The notes under the pieces are model-generated. The model saw nothing but the letters and a program-made list of their open reading frames with translations, did not search any database and had not been told where the DNA came from. Both the position numbers and the translations under genes were made by a program. Positions 33,010 to 54,878 of a DNA stretch of 64,000 nt are shown in pieces; positions within the stretch are counted from its first letter, which is position 1, and each line of letters opens with the position of its first letter. The stretch comes from Chrysomallon squamiferum (lineage: Eukaryota > Animalia > Mollusca), in NCBI GenBank assembly GCA_012295275.1, contig CM022674.1, positions 2,294,001-2,358,000 of the forward strand, in the 5' to 3' direction.

Positions 33010-34535
33010 ACACACGCAGAGAGAGAAAGAGAGAAAACAAGACACACAATCTCCCTTTATTACTGTATACGAACAACTGCCGCGATTTAAACAGTTGTTT
33101 ATCGCAATAAACTGATAAATAACAGCAGCTTTCAGCTTCATTTCGCTTTATATCTGAGGTGAAAAGTACAACAGCAGCCTCCAACTTCCATCAGAATTAC
33201 TGTACATTCAAACTGTGGCATTAGGGTATTTTTTGTATGTTATTATTTTTTTATTTTTTACTTTCTTTCTTTATTTATATGAATATGTCTATTGCTGTGC
33301 TTCTGCGATCTGCGATCTGGTGTATATTTAATACGTGTTTATTTATTAGATATTTATCTGTGTATATATATGTGTAGACGTATGCTTATTTATTTTAAGA
33401 TATTTATTACTGTATTACTGTATGTATGCATGTATGTATGTGTGTATATATGTATTTGTATGAATGTGTGGTCTGTGTGTGTATATGTGAATGTATGTAT
33501 GTATGTGTGTGTGTGTATATACATTATTAAACAAAATATATATATATATATGAATGTGTGTGGTATGTGTATGTATGTATATATATGAACGTATATATTT
33601 AGGTATGTATCTGTGGTTTTGCGAATGTGTATATGTGTATATACGTGGAGCGTTTGTGTGTTAGCGCAAGATATATGTGGGCATGTTAATATATTTATTT
33701 CGATATTCTCGAATGAGGAAACTAAAAATAATTAACACACAAATCAGTTTACTCAGAAACTGCACACGGACACATTTCTATTTCTGAAAAAAAAGAAAAA
33801 AAAAAAACTATTAATAAAAATTAACACGTAAAAATCGACGGAAATCTGTCGGACAGTTCACAACGAGAACTTTATTGAAATTTAAATTATGCATCAACCA
33901 AACACGCCGAGAAAATTTCGTTTTCGTTTTTTTTTTTTTTTTTCTTTCTTCTTTTCGAAAAACCCGATGTTCATTTCACTAGTTACACTTCAAAAGGAAA
34001 ATCTATTTCCTAATTCAAAATGTCGCGTGCTCCTTTTCACCTGCCGTCCAAAAAAAAAAAAAAAATCTACCATCCGCCGGTGAAATCCACAGCAGATGAA
34101 ACACAGACTAAAGTCTCATCCTTTAGCCATCATCTGTTTCAAAGAAAAGTGGTATCGGAATTGATATTGATCAAGTCTTAATTCAGCGAAAACGAAAATT
34201 CTTATTTAGCGATTTTTGCGCTTTGAAAAGACATCCCTCTTTAAAGCAGTCTTTAAAAATTCTGCATTAGCTCGAAGTCGAAATAGAGTGCTGAGATGAT
34301 AGGGCCCTTTCAGAGCTTAATCTCGCCGAAAATGCCAGCTGTTCAGTGAAAAACTCTCTTTCTCTCGTTTCTTCTAATTGAGATTAAAACTTTCCGACTA
34401 GTAGAGTTATTTTAGTCAAAAGTACTTTTTTCATTTCGGCTGCGGTAACTGTAGCTGCAGGTTGTAAGCAAATTATAAAATTTTGATTTTATTATTTTAT
34501 TCGTTCATGCTGTGGCGTAGATGATAACATTAAAA

Positions 34536-34581
<46 letters not shown>

Positions 34582-34607
34582 TATTATTATTATTATTGTT
34601 ATTATTA

Positions 34608-34642
<35 letters not shown>

Positions 34643-35860
34643 TATTTATTTATTTTTAACTTAGTTACGTACTTAATGGTTAAGTAATTTTTCTATTTTC
34701 TTTTCCCTTTTAATTTTCTTTAATTTTCTTTCTTTCTTTCTTTCTTTCTTTTTTTAACCACATTTGCATATATATGTGTGCAAACATCTTTAGTTTCCAG
34801 AATAGAGAAAATATTTTTTGATATATAAATGTTCACACCAGGACAGACACAAACAGACAGACAGACAGACAGATACAAACAACAAAAACTGAAATTCTAA
34901 TTCTGGTCATACTACTAGGCTCTTTTCATCTCGTGTAATAAATCATGAATATTTTATAGACAAATAACTGAGTAATGTAAAATAAAACTGCAAACATAAA
35001 ACAATTATTCAGAACATTTCAGAGTGAAAGAAACAGCTTCCCGATGTGTTATGGTTCGAAGAGTTATCGCCCCTGTCAACAAATTTGTCGCTTCCTTTAC
35101 AGTAATGCAAGCTAATTGTAGTTACTACTACAACGACAACAACTACAAGAGTGCTTATTTATTTATTTACTTATTAAATTTGTTTCTTTCCTTATTATTA
35201 TTATTATTATTATTGTCTTTTCTTCCTTAAACAATAGGTTCAGCTAGTGTTACTGCAGTTTTTTTTTTTTTTGTTGTTCGTCTTCTTCTTATTTTTTTCT
35301 CATAACGATATGCACACATAACATTATATAATCAAAGAATATATGAAAAGAAAGAATAAATATTTAACATGTACGTCAGTTATAATTATTCGGAATTTTA
35401 TACTTGTTCATTTTTCTTTTATTTCTTTCGTTCATTATTTATTTAAGCTTTATTTATCAGCTTTTACGAAACACTACCACTGACATAGTGGCTGTTAGAT
35501 CCAGTTAGATAATTTTGCACAAGACTCAATACTTATGTTATTAGATAACAAATGAAACTTCTGATTCTAGACCAAGTTTTGACATTCGTCGTATGTAGGG
35601 CCGTGTCTAGTATCTCGCAGTAGGCTAGCATTTTCTTTTTCTTCTTCTTCGTCGTCTTCTTCTTCTTCTATTATTATTACTACTAGTACTACTACCACCG
35701 CAACTATTTCTAAAGCTACTACTATTATTATTATAACTGCTACGACTGTTACTATCACTGCTACTACAATTATTATCATTGTTATTGTTACTACTACTAC
35801 TACTACTACTATTACTACTACTATTACTATTGTTACTTCTACTACTACTACTACTACTAC

Positions 35861-35899
<39 letters not shown>

Positions 35900-36089
35900 A
35901 GTTGCTGTTTAAACCGTTCAGTTATAAAAAAAAAAAATTTAACCGTTCAGATTTCATCTCAATATTAACTAACCTGGACGAATTCATCGTTCTACTTTTT
36001 AATCTCCTTTCGATGTAGTCGCACTTATCAAATAAACAATAACCAACAACACAAAGAACCAAACTATATCTTTTAATGGTTTTTATAAG

Positions 36090-36300
36090 AAAAATAATAT
36101 GGCGTTTAAAAGACGCACCAGACGATTTCTCGAGTTATTGTCATGCTGATCGTCAAAACGAATTCGTTGACCCTGTTTCTAATTCTGACGTCCTTGACCC
36201 AGATGGGGGAGATAACCACGTACTGCAGGTTATTTATCATAAAGGACGCTGGAGTCATCATAGACGGACAACAGGAAAACTGCGTTTATGTTCGCCAGAT
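36090..36300 (+). pseudogene. Decayed partial copy of the 5' part of the PL14 alginate lyase exon
   Basis: IWRLKDAPDD...VLDPDGGDNHVLQVIYHKGRWSHHRRTTGKL aligns with LWRLSDIPHD...VPDPEGGDNHVLKVTYHRGSWSTHGPTTGFL of the intact exon 1.6 kb downstream. Similarity stops before the catalytic motifs and the frame ends at 36390. Confidence 0.8.
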
Positions 36301-36673
36301 TGTGTTAATTACTGTTCTTATCTTCTGACAAAGTATGAATCATCGAAGTCCGTGGTATGTACCATTCTGTCTATGGGAAAGCGCATATGAAAACAAATTA
36401 TTTTGCTGTGTATTTAATGATGGTAGCCAGGGTGTGTCATGAGTTTTAATTTTTTTTTTTTTTTTTCCTTTTTTGTTTTTGTTTGTTTCTTTTTTTACGT
36501 ATTGAACAGGTTAAGTGAACTGAACGAAAGAATGCGAGGAAGAATAAAAAAAAAAAAGGAAAGTTTGAAAGGAATGAATGAAAGAAAGAAAGAACTGCAA
36601 GTCTGTTATCTCAAAGTGAATTTTATCTACAAAGTTGTAAATTTTTTTTATCATCATCGTTATTATATTCAAA

Positions 36674-36723
<50 letters not shown>

Positions 36724-37410
36724 CTATTTAACAAACAAACCAATAAACATATAAATAAACAAATAAATAAATAAATAAATAAATAAATACAGTGAAAGCA
36801 TTCGCCTATGAGGACGATAGAGATTTCTTTTCCTAAACAGGTTTGTAGGTTTCTAATTTTAGATAATGACAGTATGGGAAACAGCATACGACTCCCAAAT
36901 CATTTATTTTCAGTCGGCGAAAAAAGGAAAAAAACATGATTATCCATCTGCTTGTTATACACCTTTCTTACAACATCGTCAACTGTAAGTAAAACAAACA
37001 AAAAACATTGATCATACTCCTCAGATACACGCACGCACGCACACACGCACACAGAGACATACATATTAAAACTGTATATATCTGTTAATATATCCAAAAC
37101 TATGTTGAATCGTTATGTGTATGTCTATTAATAGATTTTGTTCAGAGCAAAACTGGTATGGTCGGAGTTCGTACGTATGTACAAGATGTTTGTTTATTTA
37201 TTTATTTATTTATTTATTACTGTAGCTACTACTGCTGTTATTATTATTATTATCATCATCATCATCATAATCATCACCACTGTCATTATTATTATCATTA
37301 TTACTATTATCATCATCATCATTGTTATTATTATTACTATTATCATTATCATCATCGTCGTCGTCGTTGTTATTATTATTATCGTCATTATCATCATCGT
37401 TGTAGTTGTA

Positions 37411-37443
<33 letters not shown>

Positions 37444-37661
37444 TCGGTCCAGTTTAACTTTAGATACATGAGAGTAATTCAAGTCGTACTTGTAGTCGTG
37501 GTAGTAGTAGTAGTAGCAGTACCAGTAGTAGCAGCAGCAGCAGCGGTGGTAATAATAGTAGCTGTAGTAGGAATAGCAGTAGCAGTAGTGGTAGCAGTAA
37601 TAGTAGTTGTAGTGCTAGTAGCAGTAACAGCAAATGACTATTATTAATTTTATCTATTCAG

Positions 37662-38434
37662 GCCGAGAACTATGGCGTCTGTCAGACATTCCGCACGACT
37701 ACGTCACAGCTTTCCATGCGCACCACGTCAGCGACCACGGACCAAGCTCGGTCGTCCCCGATCCCGAAGGGGGAGACAACCACGTACTGAAAGTTACGTA
37801 CCACAGAGGGAGCTGGAGCACGCACGGCCCCACGACCGGTTTCCTCCAGTTCTACGCCACGCCCACTTCCCCACGCACAGAGCTAGCGCTCAGCTACGAC
37901 GTTTACTTCGCGCCGAACTTCGACTTCGTCCGCGGCGGTAAACTGCCCGGTCTGTGGGGCGGACGAATACACGAATGTTCCGGCGGCCGCCATTCGGGCG
38001 AGTGTTTCTCGACGAGGTTCATGTGGCGCTCGGGCGGAGACGGCGAGGTCTACGCCTACATCAGTCCGCAGGACGAGCAAGTTCCGGGATTCTGCGACCG
38101 CAACCACCACTGCAACTCCGACTACGGCTACTCTCTAGGGCGGGGCAGGTGGCGCTTCAGGAAGGGAGAGTGGCAGAACGTGGCTCAGTACGTGAAGCTC
38201 AATTCCCCCGGTCGAACGGACGGCGTGATAAAGGTCTGGTTCGGTCATCGGCTTGTCTACGAAGCCGACAACGTCAGCGTCAGGCAAAACGACAGCGTCA
38301 ACATCGACGGCATCTTCTTTTCGACGTTCTTCGGCGGCGGCGACAGCAGCTGGGCTTCGACGCGGGACACCTACGCGTGCTTCAAAAATTTCGTCCTGTC
38401 CACGAACTCGCATCATCCAGTCGTTATCGGGTGA
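37662..38434 (+). CDS. Polysaccharide lyase family 14 alginate lyase, catalytic exon (molluscan HdAly/AkAly type)
   Basis: Acceptor ttcag at 37657-37661 (phase 1), then an open frame to TGA at 38434. PL14 motifs YDVYFAPNFDFVRGGKLPGLWGG, CSGGRHSGECFSTRFMWR, GEVYAY, YSLGRGRW, GIFFSTFFGG and a C-terminus FKNFVLST...HPVVIG like abalone alginate lyase. The signal-peptide exon is not firmly placed (weak candidate ATG at 35552, MKLLILDQVLTFVVCRAVS). Confidence 0.93.
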
Positions 38435-38547
38435 CGCGATTTAGAGAAACATGTTTTCGTGTTGAAATTAAATGAATATTGAGCAGTGGGTTTTAATAGC
38501 GTTACAGCGGTTTTGTTGTTTTCTTTTTTTCTAAGACACTGAATATT

Positions 38548-38656
<109 letters not shown>

Positions 38657-39642
38657 AACAACCATAGCAAGAACAAAATAATAAACCGAAATATCAAGGA
38701 AGTAAATAAAATACATTTGTAAGTATGTAAATGAATGAATGAATGAATAAGTAAATTATACAATGTGGGGAACAAAGAAGAACAAATGAAAAAAAAAAAA
38801 AAAAAAAAAAAAGAAGCAACCATAACAATAAAGGTTTGCAGATTATATTTCAATGTAAAGTACGTGCACACAAACACTCATGCTAAATAATATATATAAT
38901 AAAAAAAATTAATAATAATGAGAGAAGAAAGAAGAAGAAGAAGAAAAATAAATTAAGTAAAAATAAACAAATAAAATGTCAAATAACAACAAAGTCTTTG
39001 TAAAATAAACTCAGGGAAATGAGGAAAAGAAACAAAACTTTTGCAAACTACCTGCAACTGTCAGAAACTGACTCACTGCAAGTAAACCCTGACCTTTGAC
39101 CTCCAGCTACGCTTTAGCATGCAGGCTGCTGTCTGGGGAAAAAAAATTATGTCATTCATACATGTCACTGATACATACAGATCAGCGATAAAACTACCAC
39201 CATGACTGTTGTAAGATAAAACAGGTAGAGAGGTTCGAAATAACAAGAATGTATTTGCATGGCCCAGATTTCAAACGCTGTCGCTAATAACGTGTACTCC
39301 GAGATAACCGCAGTCTGCGTCACACTGTAAGATTATCGACCGATCTATTTTTAGACGCTTTACTTAACGATTAAAGGTCTATCTTCCTAGTACGCAGGAC
39401 AGGAACAAAAACAAAATAAAAAATACGTGTATTTCCAGGAAGTAACCGCTTTCTCATTTCTTTCCAAGAAAAAGCTGTTTGTAGGACGCCCGTTATTTTC
39501 ATCGGCAGAGAGAAAAAAAGCAGTGTTTTCGACTTCGTGGCTTTTTGTAGCTGCGTCATTTTATCTATCACACAAGCGACTCGCTGATTGTAAAAGTTGT
39601 GAATATTGTTATTAACTGTCGTTCTAATCGAAAGCGTAGATT

Positions 39643-40558
39643 ATGGGAGCCGAACTGGCCAGCATGCCCGCGAAGACGGAGCACTACGTGAGTCCGTCCG
39701 GACACATAAAACACTGGTCAAGCACGCAGTACATGCACCCGTATCGGCCGAAGTCTTTCTTCAAGCAGCTGACCAACTTCTCGCCCGACACGGTCGTGGT
39801 GCACAGCGGCACCGGACAACGAAACGCTGTTCTACTTCGAGCAGAAAATAGGTCACTGGGGATACATCGTGCACCTCGCCTCCGGGAAGTGCTTCCACCC
39901 GTACGGCGGCAGCGTCAACCCCGACAACGGCGTCCGAGTCGTCCTGGACGCCGGGCGACACGCCGGCGCACTGTGGACGTACGACAAAGCGACACACACG
40001 ATTCAGCACCGGGGCGGCAAGTACATCCACCCGCAGGGCGGGTCCGCGTCCCCGTCCAACGACACCGCCCTCGTCGTCCACGAAGGCGTCCACGACGGCT
40101 GCAGGTGGACGGTGGTCGAGAAGGACGGACACACGGAGGCCGACCCCTTCCCGGCGCCCGACATATTCGGCCGGTGGGAGATGATCAACGCCATCATCAA
40201 ACCCAGCACGGAGTACGAGTTCACGCTCACGTACCGAATCGGCAAGTCGAAGAGCACCGAGAACGAGGTGAGCAGCACCTGGGGCGGTGCGGTCGGACTG
40301 CTGTCGCCGCTGTCGATGGGCGCGGCGTACGGTCACGTGGTCAGGAACGCCTCGAAGGACACGTTCGAGCAGGTGCGCGAGACGAGCACGAAGATAATCG
40401 TGAAGCCGGGGCGCACCATCTGCACGTGGCAGTGGGTGTTCGGCGTCGAGCAGTGGAACGACAAGTGGAAGTACCAGTCGAACATCCTCATCGACACCGA
40501 GGACGAGAACGCCGTGCCAGACGCCAACCAGATATCGGATAAACTGTACCACTACTAA
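39643..40558 (+). CDS. Chimeric mytilectin: beta-trefoil lectin plus putative pore-forming C-terminal domain; single coding exon with a 1-nt frameshift near 39812-39815 (~304 aa if corrected)
   Basis: The frame from ATG 39643 gives HIKHWSSTQYMHPY...VVVHSGT. The +1 frame continues DNETLFYFEQKIGHWGYIVHLASGKCFHPYGGSVNPDN...RHAGALW...IQHRGGKYIHPQGGSASPSNDTALVVH, matching the MytiLec/CGL repeat pattern (WGYIKH.ASGK..HPYGG, HKGGKYIHP.GG). A Ser/Thr-rich beta-type tail follows, ending WQWVFG...YQSNIL..T. Confidence 0.85.
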
Positions 40559-43500
40559 CCACGACATCAGACGAAGAGAACGAAGAGAGAGACAGAGACG
40601 GGGACGGGAGTGGGGGGGGTGAGCGCTAGCCCTTCGTCGTCACGCCACCTAGCGGAGTAATATACGGTAAAGTGTGTTTTTCCTGTCTGAAGTCAAATTT
40701 ATAACAACCGCCAAAGACGTTGTGATTTAAAAAAAAAAAAAAAAAAAAATTGTTTTTAATTTTTTAATTTTTGGAACAGTTGTAATTCGTGTCACGTGAT
40801 CGATGAACAGATTATTTTTTGTTACAGAAGTGAAATTTGAAATCGCATCGAACAGTCGATCTGCTTTTTATTCAAGGTTGTTTAAAACCGATGGGATGAG
40901 CAAGAAAGCGTTAAGAATACAACAATGAATTAAAAAAAAAAAAAAACCATTGATGAGGATTCTGTTCATCTAATGAAAATTATCTGAACTGTGATGAAGC
41001 ACTGTGATTTACGTGTATGACAGTTGGAAATATTTTTTAAATGTAGTTTCATAATTCATTTGGATTTATTGGAAAAAAACATACTAAATAACGTTAGTAA
41101 TAGAGGCAGGTAACATAGCTTATTAACTAGTTTGGAGGAATTTAGATGCCTTTGTTCATTATCTGTGTTTATATCTGTATCTACGTATATCTATATCTCT
41201 ATCAGTATCTATCTATCTAACTAACTATCTATCTATCTGTCTATCTTATCTATCCAATGGTGGTGGGATACATTGCCTCTAAATAAGACTTGTATAAATT
41301 TGATTATTCTTACATTTAACGTTTATTACCAAATGATCAAAAATCTTCTTGTAGATTAGTTTCATAGTTTCGTTATGCCCAACAAAAAATTGTAGATGAA
41401 AAATGTATACTTATCTAATTCGACCTTAAGTCTCGCTTGTATATTTGATCATTGTTACATCATTCCGTTACACAATCCGTTATCACAAAGACATTCCTTG
41501 ATTTCCTCGATATTGAACCATTACGATTCTACATCTAACAACCTATCACATTTGTCGTCCAGAGATGTAGGAAATGTGTGTAGAATGTGTTTGGTTACTA
41601 CGTCACCACTCAGTTATATTCATCATACAGAGAGAGAGAGAGTCAGTTGGGTTGCTTTGTAACTGTTCGGTTATTCATTATATTTGTAGCCAATTTTTCA
41701 GTCTGTTTTGTTGATTCATCACTGTTCGTTGATTCAGATTATTTCCGAGAATGCTTGATACTTTTTTTTAAGGAGGTCTAACAGGTTAGGGGGTGGGGTT
41801 CAAAGGGTTAATCATTATTAATAATAAACGTAATACACCTATGATAAATTTTATTATTAAACATTTTGTATGTAATGCAGTTGATGTTGATGATGATAAT
41901 GATGATGATGATGATGATGATAACGTCTTCTGGCACATAAGACTTGTTCAGATTCTTGAGAAAAATAAAATTACTTAAAAATGTGGTCACAACTAAAGTT
42001 GTGGCATACCAATAGGAAATAATAATTATATGATTTGTGTAGGTTTACATATAGCTTTATATAATGCAATGTTTCAAATAAATACAGTTTAGACTAACAG
42101 TCATTTGTTTCAATGTTTCGAATCCAAATCCATACATTTTGTGTCTGTCTGTTTACATTTTATTGTGTATCCCAAACAAGATGTATTCGTTGTTGATTGT
42201 ATTTTTTTTTATTTTTTTTTTTGATGTTCTCTAATAATTATGCAAGAGTTGTTTCATTTTAAACAAAGTTATAAAATTGGAGTTTTCTTCATTCAAAATA
42301 AATGTAACGATTACCAGTATATGCAGTATCCAAACCTATGTAAATTGTATTAGAGCCGATTTCCCTTTATTCTGTTTGTTACAGAATACAGTACACAGTT
42401 GTATAAATATTACTGAAATCTTATAAATGGTGCAAATGTGTTTTTAAAACAATATCTGAAGATGGCGCTCATAAACCCACTACCAGTATAGTTAGCTTGT
42501 GATCCAGGCAAACAGCGTAGGAAAGGAAATCAATCATTAAGTGAGTTGTGCACGTAATGATATTTATCGATTTTGATTATGATAATGATCCATTTCAAAA
42601 TTTACTTTTAAAAGTTTGATATCAAGACTGTCAAGCTAGTTACTGGAGTTTTAATGTTAAAATTAACTAAATGGAAAAATAAAATAATATAAATGCACGA
42701 AAGTCGCAAAATGTTGTTCTTGAATAGAGAATTTTGGTTGTGCAATATACATCCAGATTTTACTGATTAATTGTAATTTTTTTCTCACTGTATTTCTTTG
42801 TCGTATTTATTTTTGCTGAATTGAGGATTGCTTTACATCCTCATGCCAAAAAAAAAAAAAAAACCCACAAAATAAGAAAAATAAAAAGAAAAAAAAGACC
42901 TATACACACATATACATCAATCAAAATATTTGTCTTTATCTGTACAGTCACTCAACTACTGTTGTCGTAGCTGTTGTTTTGATTAGTTTATCAGACTTCG
43001 TAACTTGACTGTTTTATAGCCTGTGAAGGCTGGAGGAAGTGACGTGTCGTTTCTATGGGAGCCTTCAGTGTGACGTGTGCAAAAATGGAACACCTGTCAA
43101 CGTTTGTCAAAAAAAAAAAAAAAATCTGTGACCAACGAGAAACCAAGGATATGTCGAGAGACAAACGAGAGATCGTGACGTAACCGTATTTGCTTTCGTC
43201 ATCATCATTCTCTTCTTCGTTTTCGTTTTACGTTTTCTTGTTATGTGTAAAAATGGAACTTCGTACAGAACTATACCGAGATTATGCCGTGACGTCACAG
43301 ACAGTAAAAGGAAATGTACAGCAGAACAAACGAAAAATGCCATAGAATCCTATTTCGTGCCAGTTCCTTGACCTGGTATTCTATTTATTTATTTATTTAT
43401 TTATTTATTTATTTTTTTTTTATTTGTTTATGTATTTATTTATCTTATGACAAAAGTAATGCAGATAATATAAAATGTTTATTCAGGTTAAGAAATTATG

Positions 43501-43806
43501 AAAAATACAAAATTTTAGAAATTACATTGAGTATTAATATATAAATACACATGCATATGCTATACATACACACATACCAAAAACAACAACAACAAAAACA
43601 AAAAAAAAAACATACAAACAAAAAAGGACACATATTTATATACTTTCTTGTTTTCATAGTGATTATTTACTTAGTAACAAACATAATTATTTAGTAAGAT
43701 TTTTGCATCAATCTGATTGTACAGTTAATAACAATAACAATAACAATAATAATAGTAATAATAGTAATAAATTATAATAATAATAATAATAGTAATAATA
43801 ATAATA

Positions 43807-43884
<78 letters not shown>

Positions 43885-43919
43885 TAAATAATAATAAATA
43901 ATAATAATAAATAATAATA

Positions 43920-43968
<49 letters not shown>

Positions 43969-44034
43969 TAATTAAATAAATAAATAAATAAACAAATTTA
44001 AAAATGTTAATGATATGTTTAAAAATTGATCAGT

Positions 44035-52977
<8,943 letters not shown>

Positions 52978-53421
52978 GTTTGATCAACGATTAAGTCCAC
53001 AGCAATCGATAAAGTTGAATTAGTTTTTCTTCTTTTTCGTTTTTTCGTCCCAACTGTGCTGGATACTCATGCTTAATAGGGTTTTTGGTTTACGTAAATT
53101 ACTTTCAAGTAATGCATACGTTATTACGGCGACATGCGCGGAGTGATAAATAGTTTCGGTCCACAGAACCGATATAAAGACTTCTTCATACTATTTATTC
53201 AGAACATTATTGAAGATATAAAGGTACATAAGTACCAAATAGTTATTCCTGGAGATTATTTGTAACGTTATTGTCAAATAAACCACCTTTCTTTCTTTTT
53301 ATTTTATTTTATTTTATTTTTATCTTCAGCAACAACCTCCACCACCACAACAACAATAATAAATCGCTTTTATCGCAGTTTTCTCAACACTTAAATTCAC
53401 TTCTCTTGACATGAAACGTGA

Positions 53422-53437
53422 TCACGTGATACACGTG
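53422..53437. promoter_or_regulatory. Tandem E-boxes TCACGTGA + CACGTG (CLEAR/MiT-TFE-like) upstream of the sulfatase
   Basis: The sequence atcacgtgatacacgtgt lies about 450 bp upstream of the sulfatase ATG at 52977. Function is inferred. Confidence 0.4.
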
Positions 53438-53599
53438 TAGGTGAAAGAACAATATGACCTGCCGATTTTCTGGTAACGTTTTTATTTTAACGTCAATATG
53501 ACCTACAAACACCATTTTCTGGTTTCTTACGTTTTTCTTTTTACGGGTTCAAAACGACTTCGTCGCATTCGTCTGAATCCAACGACATCGCCGAACATT

Positions 53600-54240
53600 C
53601 AAATGTCAATATCGGATTATCTGACAGCAATGTTGGACAATTGAATAACAGCGAAGAACAATCATATAATGACGTCAAACAATCAAATCACAAATGTTGA
53701 ACAATCAAATAACAACGTCAAACAATCAAATAAGGTCGAACAATCATATAATGACGTCAAACAATTGAACAAAAATGTCACACAATCAAATAACGTCGAA
53801 ATATCAACGACAAAAAAAAATCAAATGATGTCCAACAATCATATAATGACGTCAGAAAATCATAAGACGTCGAAATATCATATAACGACGTCAAACAATC
53901 AAATAACGTCGAACAAGCATATAATGACGTCAGACAATCAAATAAAATGTCGAACAAGCAATTAATGACGTCAAACAATTGAACAAATGATGTCGAAGAA
54001 TCACATAACCACGTCAGACAGTTCAACAAAAACGTCGAACAGGCATACAACGATGTCAGAGTTTGGAACAACAAGGTTGGACAATCACTCAAACACTTTA
54101 CATAATCAAACAACGTCGACTGTTGAACAAAGTCCAGTAATCGAAAAACGACGTTGCACAATACGTCCAACACTGAAGATTCGAACAATAATGCTCACAA
54201 TTTGAACAACAACGTCGATTGTTTGCACAGTGAAGTTGGA
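53600..54240. repeat. Degenerate ~20-bp minisatellite (GACGTCAAACAATCAAATAA-like) containing five perfect TGACGTCA octamers
   Basis: Recurrent acgtc(a/g)aacaatca(a/t)ataa units. TGACGTCA starts at 53670, 53752, 53847, 53925 and 53966. Confidence 0.8.
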
Positions 54241-54395
54241 CACACTTACGTCACATTCACGACCATAAATAATAAATAATGCTACTTGTCTGTTTATGGT
54301 AGTGTGCGTGTGTGTATGTCTGTATGTTTGGATGCGTAAGCGGGATTATAGGTGTGCATATGTCTGTGTGTTGTGTGTGTGTGTGTATGTGTGTG

Positions 54396-54463
<68 letters not shown>

Positions 54464-54815
54464 CCTTCCCAAAGTATTAAATAAGTCTAGTAAGACTGGA
54501 TATTGAAAATAATCGAGTGCGCATTTTCACAAGCAGACACACACTTTCAAATATGACCACACAAATGTCAGTGGTCGGGGTGTTGTATTTTGTATGTTCT
54601 GAGTAAAAATCTAAGCGGAATTAAACAGGTTACTGTCTCAAGGTATCAGATATATCTTGCTGCAGAGGGTCTTTCAGTATGAGAAAAGTAAGCCTGGTAT
54701 CTTCAGACAGTTACCAGGTATTTATTTTATTCTGCCGTCCAAATTAATATAAAATTCAAAACAAATTAAACATTATATTTCACGAGTAAGACATTCACAT
54801 GTATTCGTTATCTTA

Positions 54816-54878
<63 letters not shown>

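Noticed and set aside
37883-38475. Overlapping alternative-frame and antisense ORFs on the lyase exon
   Set aside because: Shadow ORFs of a GC-rich exon with no recognisable motifs.
39761-40567. 268-aa antisense ORF and the Arg-rich remainder of the 299-aa ORF over the lectin
   Set aside because: Shadow frames expected from high-GC3 codon usage; family motifs lie only in the corrected sense frame.
53600-54240. Possible CRISPR-like array or N/Q/S-rich coding repeat
   Set aside because: No constant repeat with unique spacers, no cas genes, eukaryotic context, and the frames are short; it is a degenerate minisatellite.
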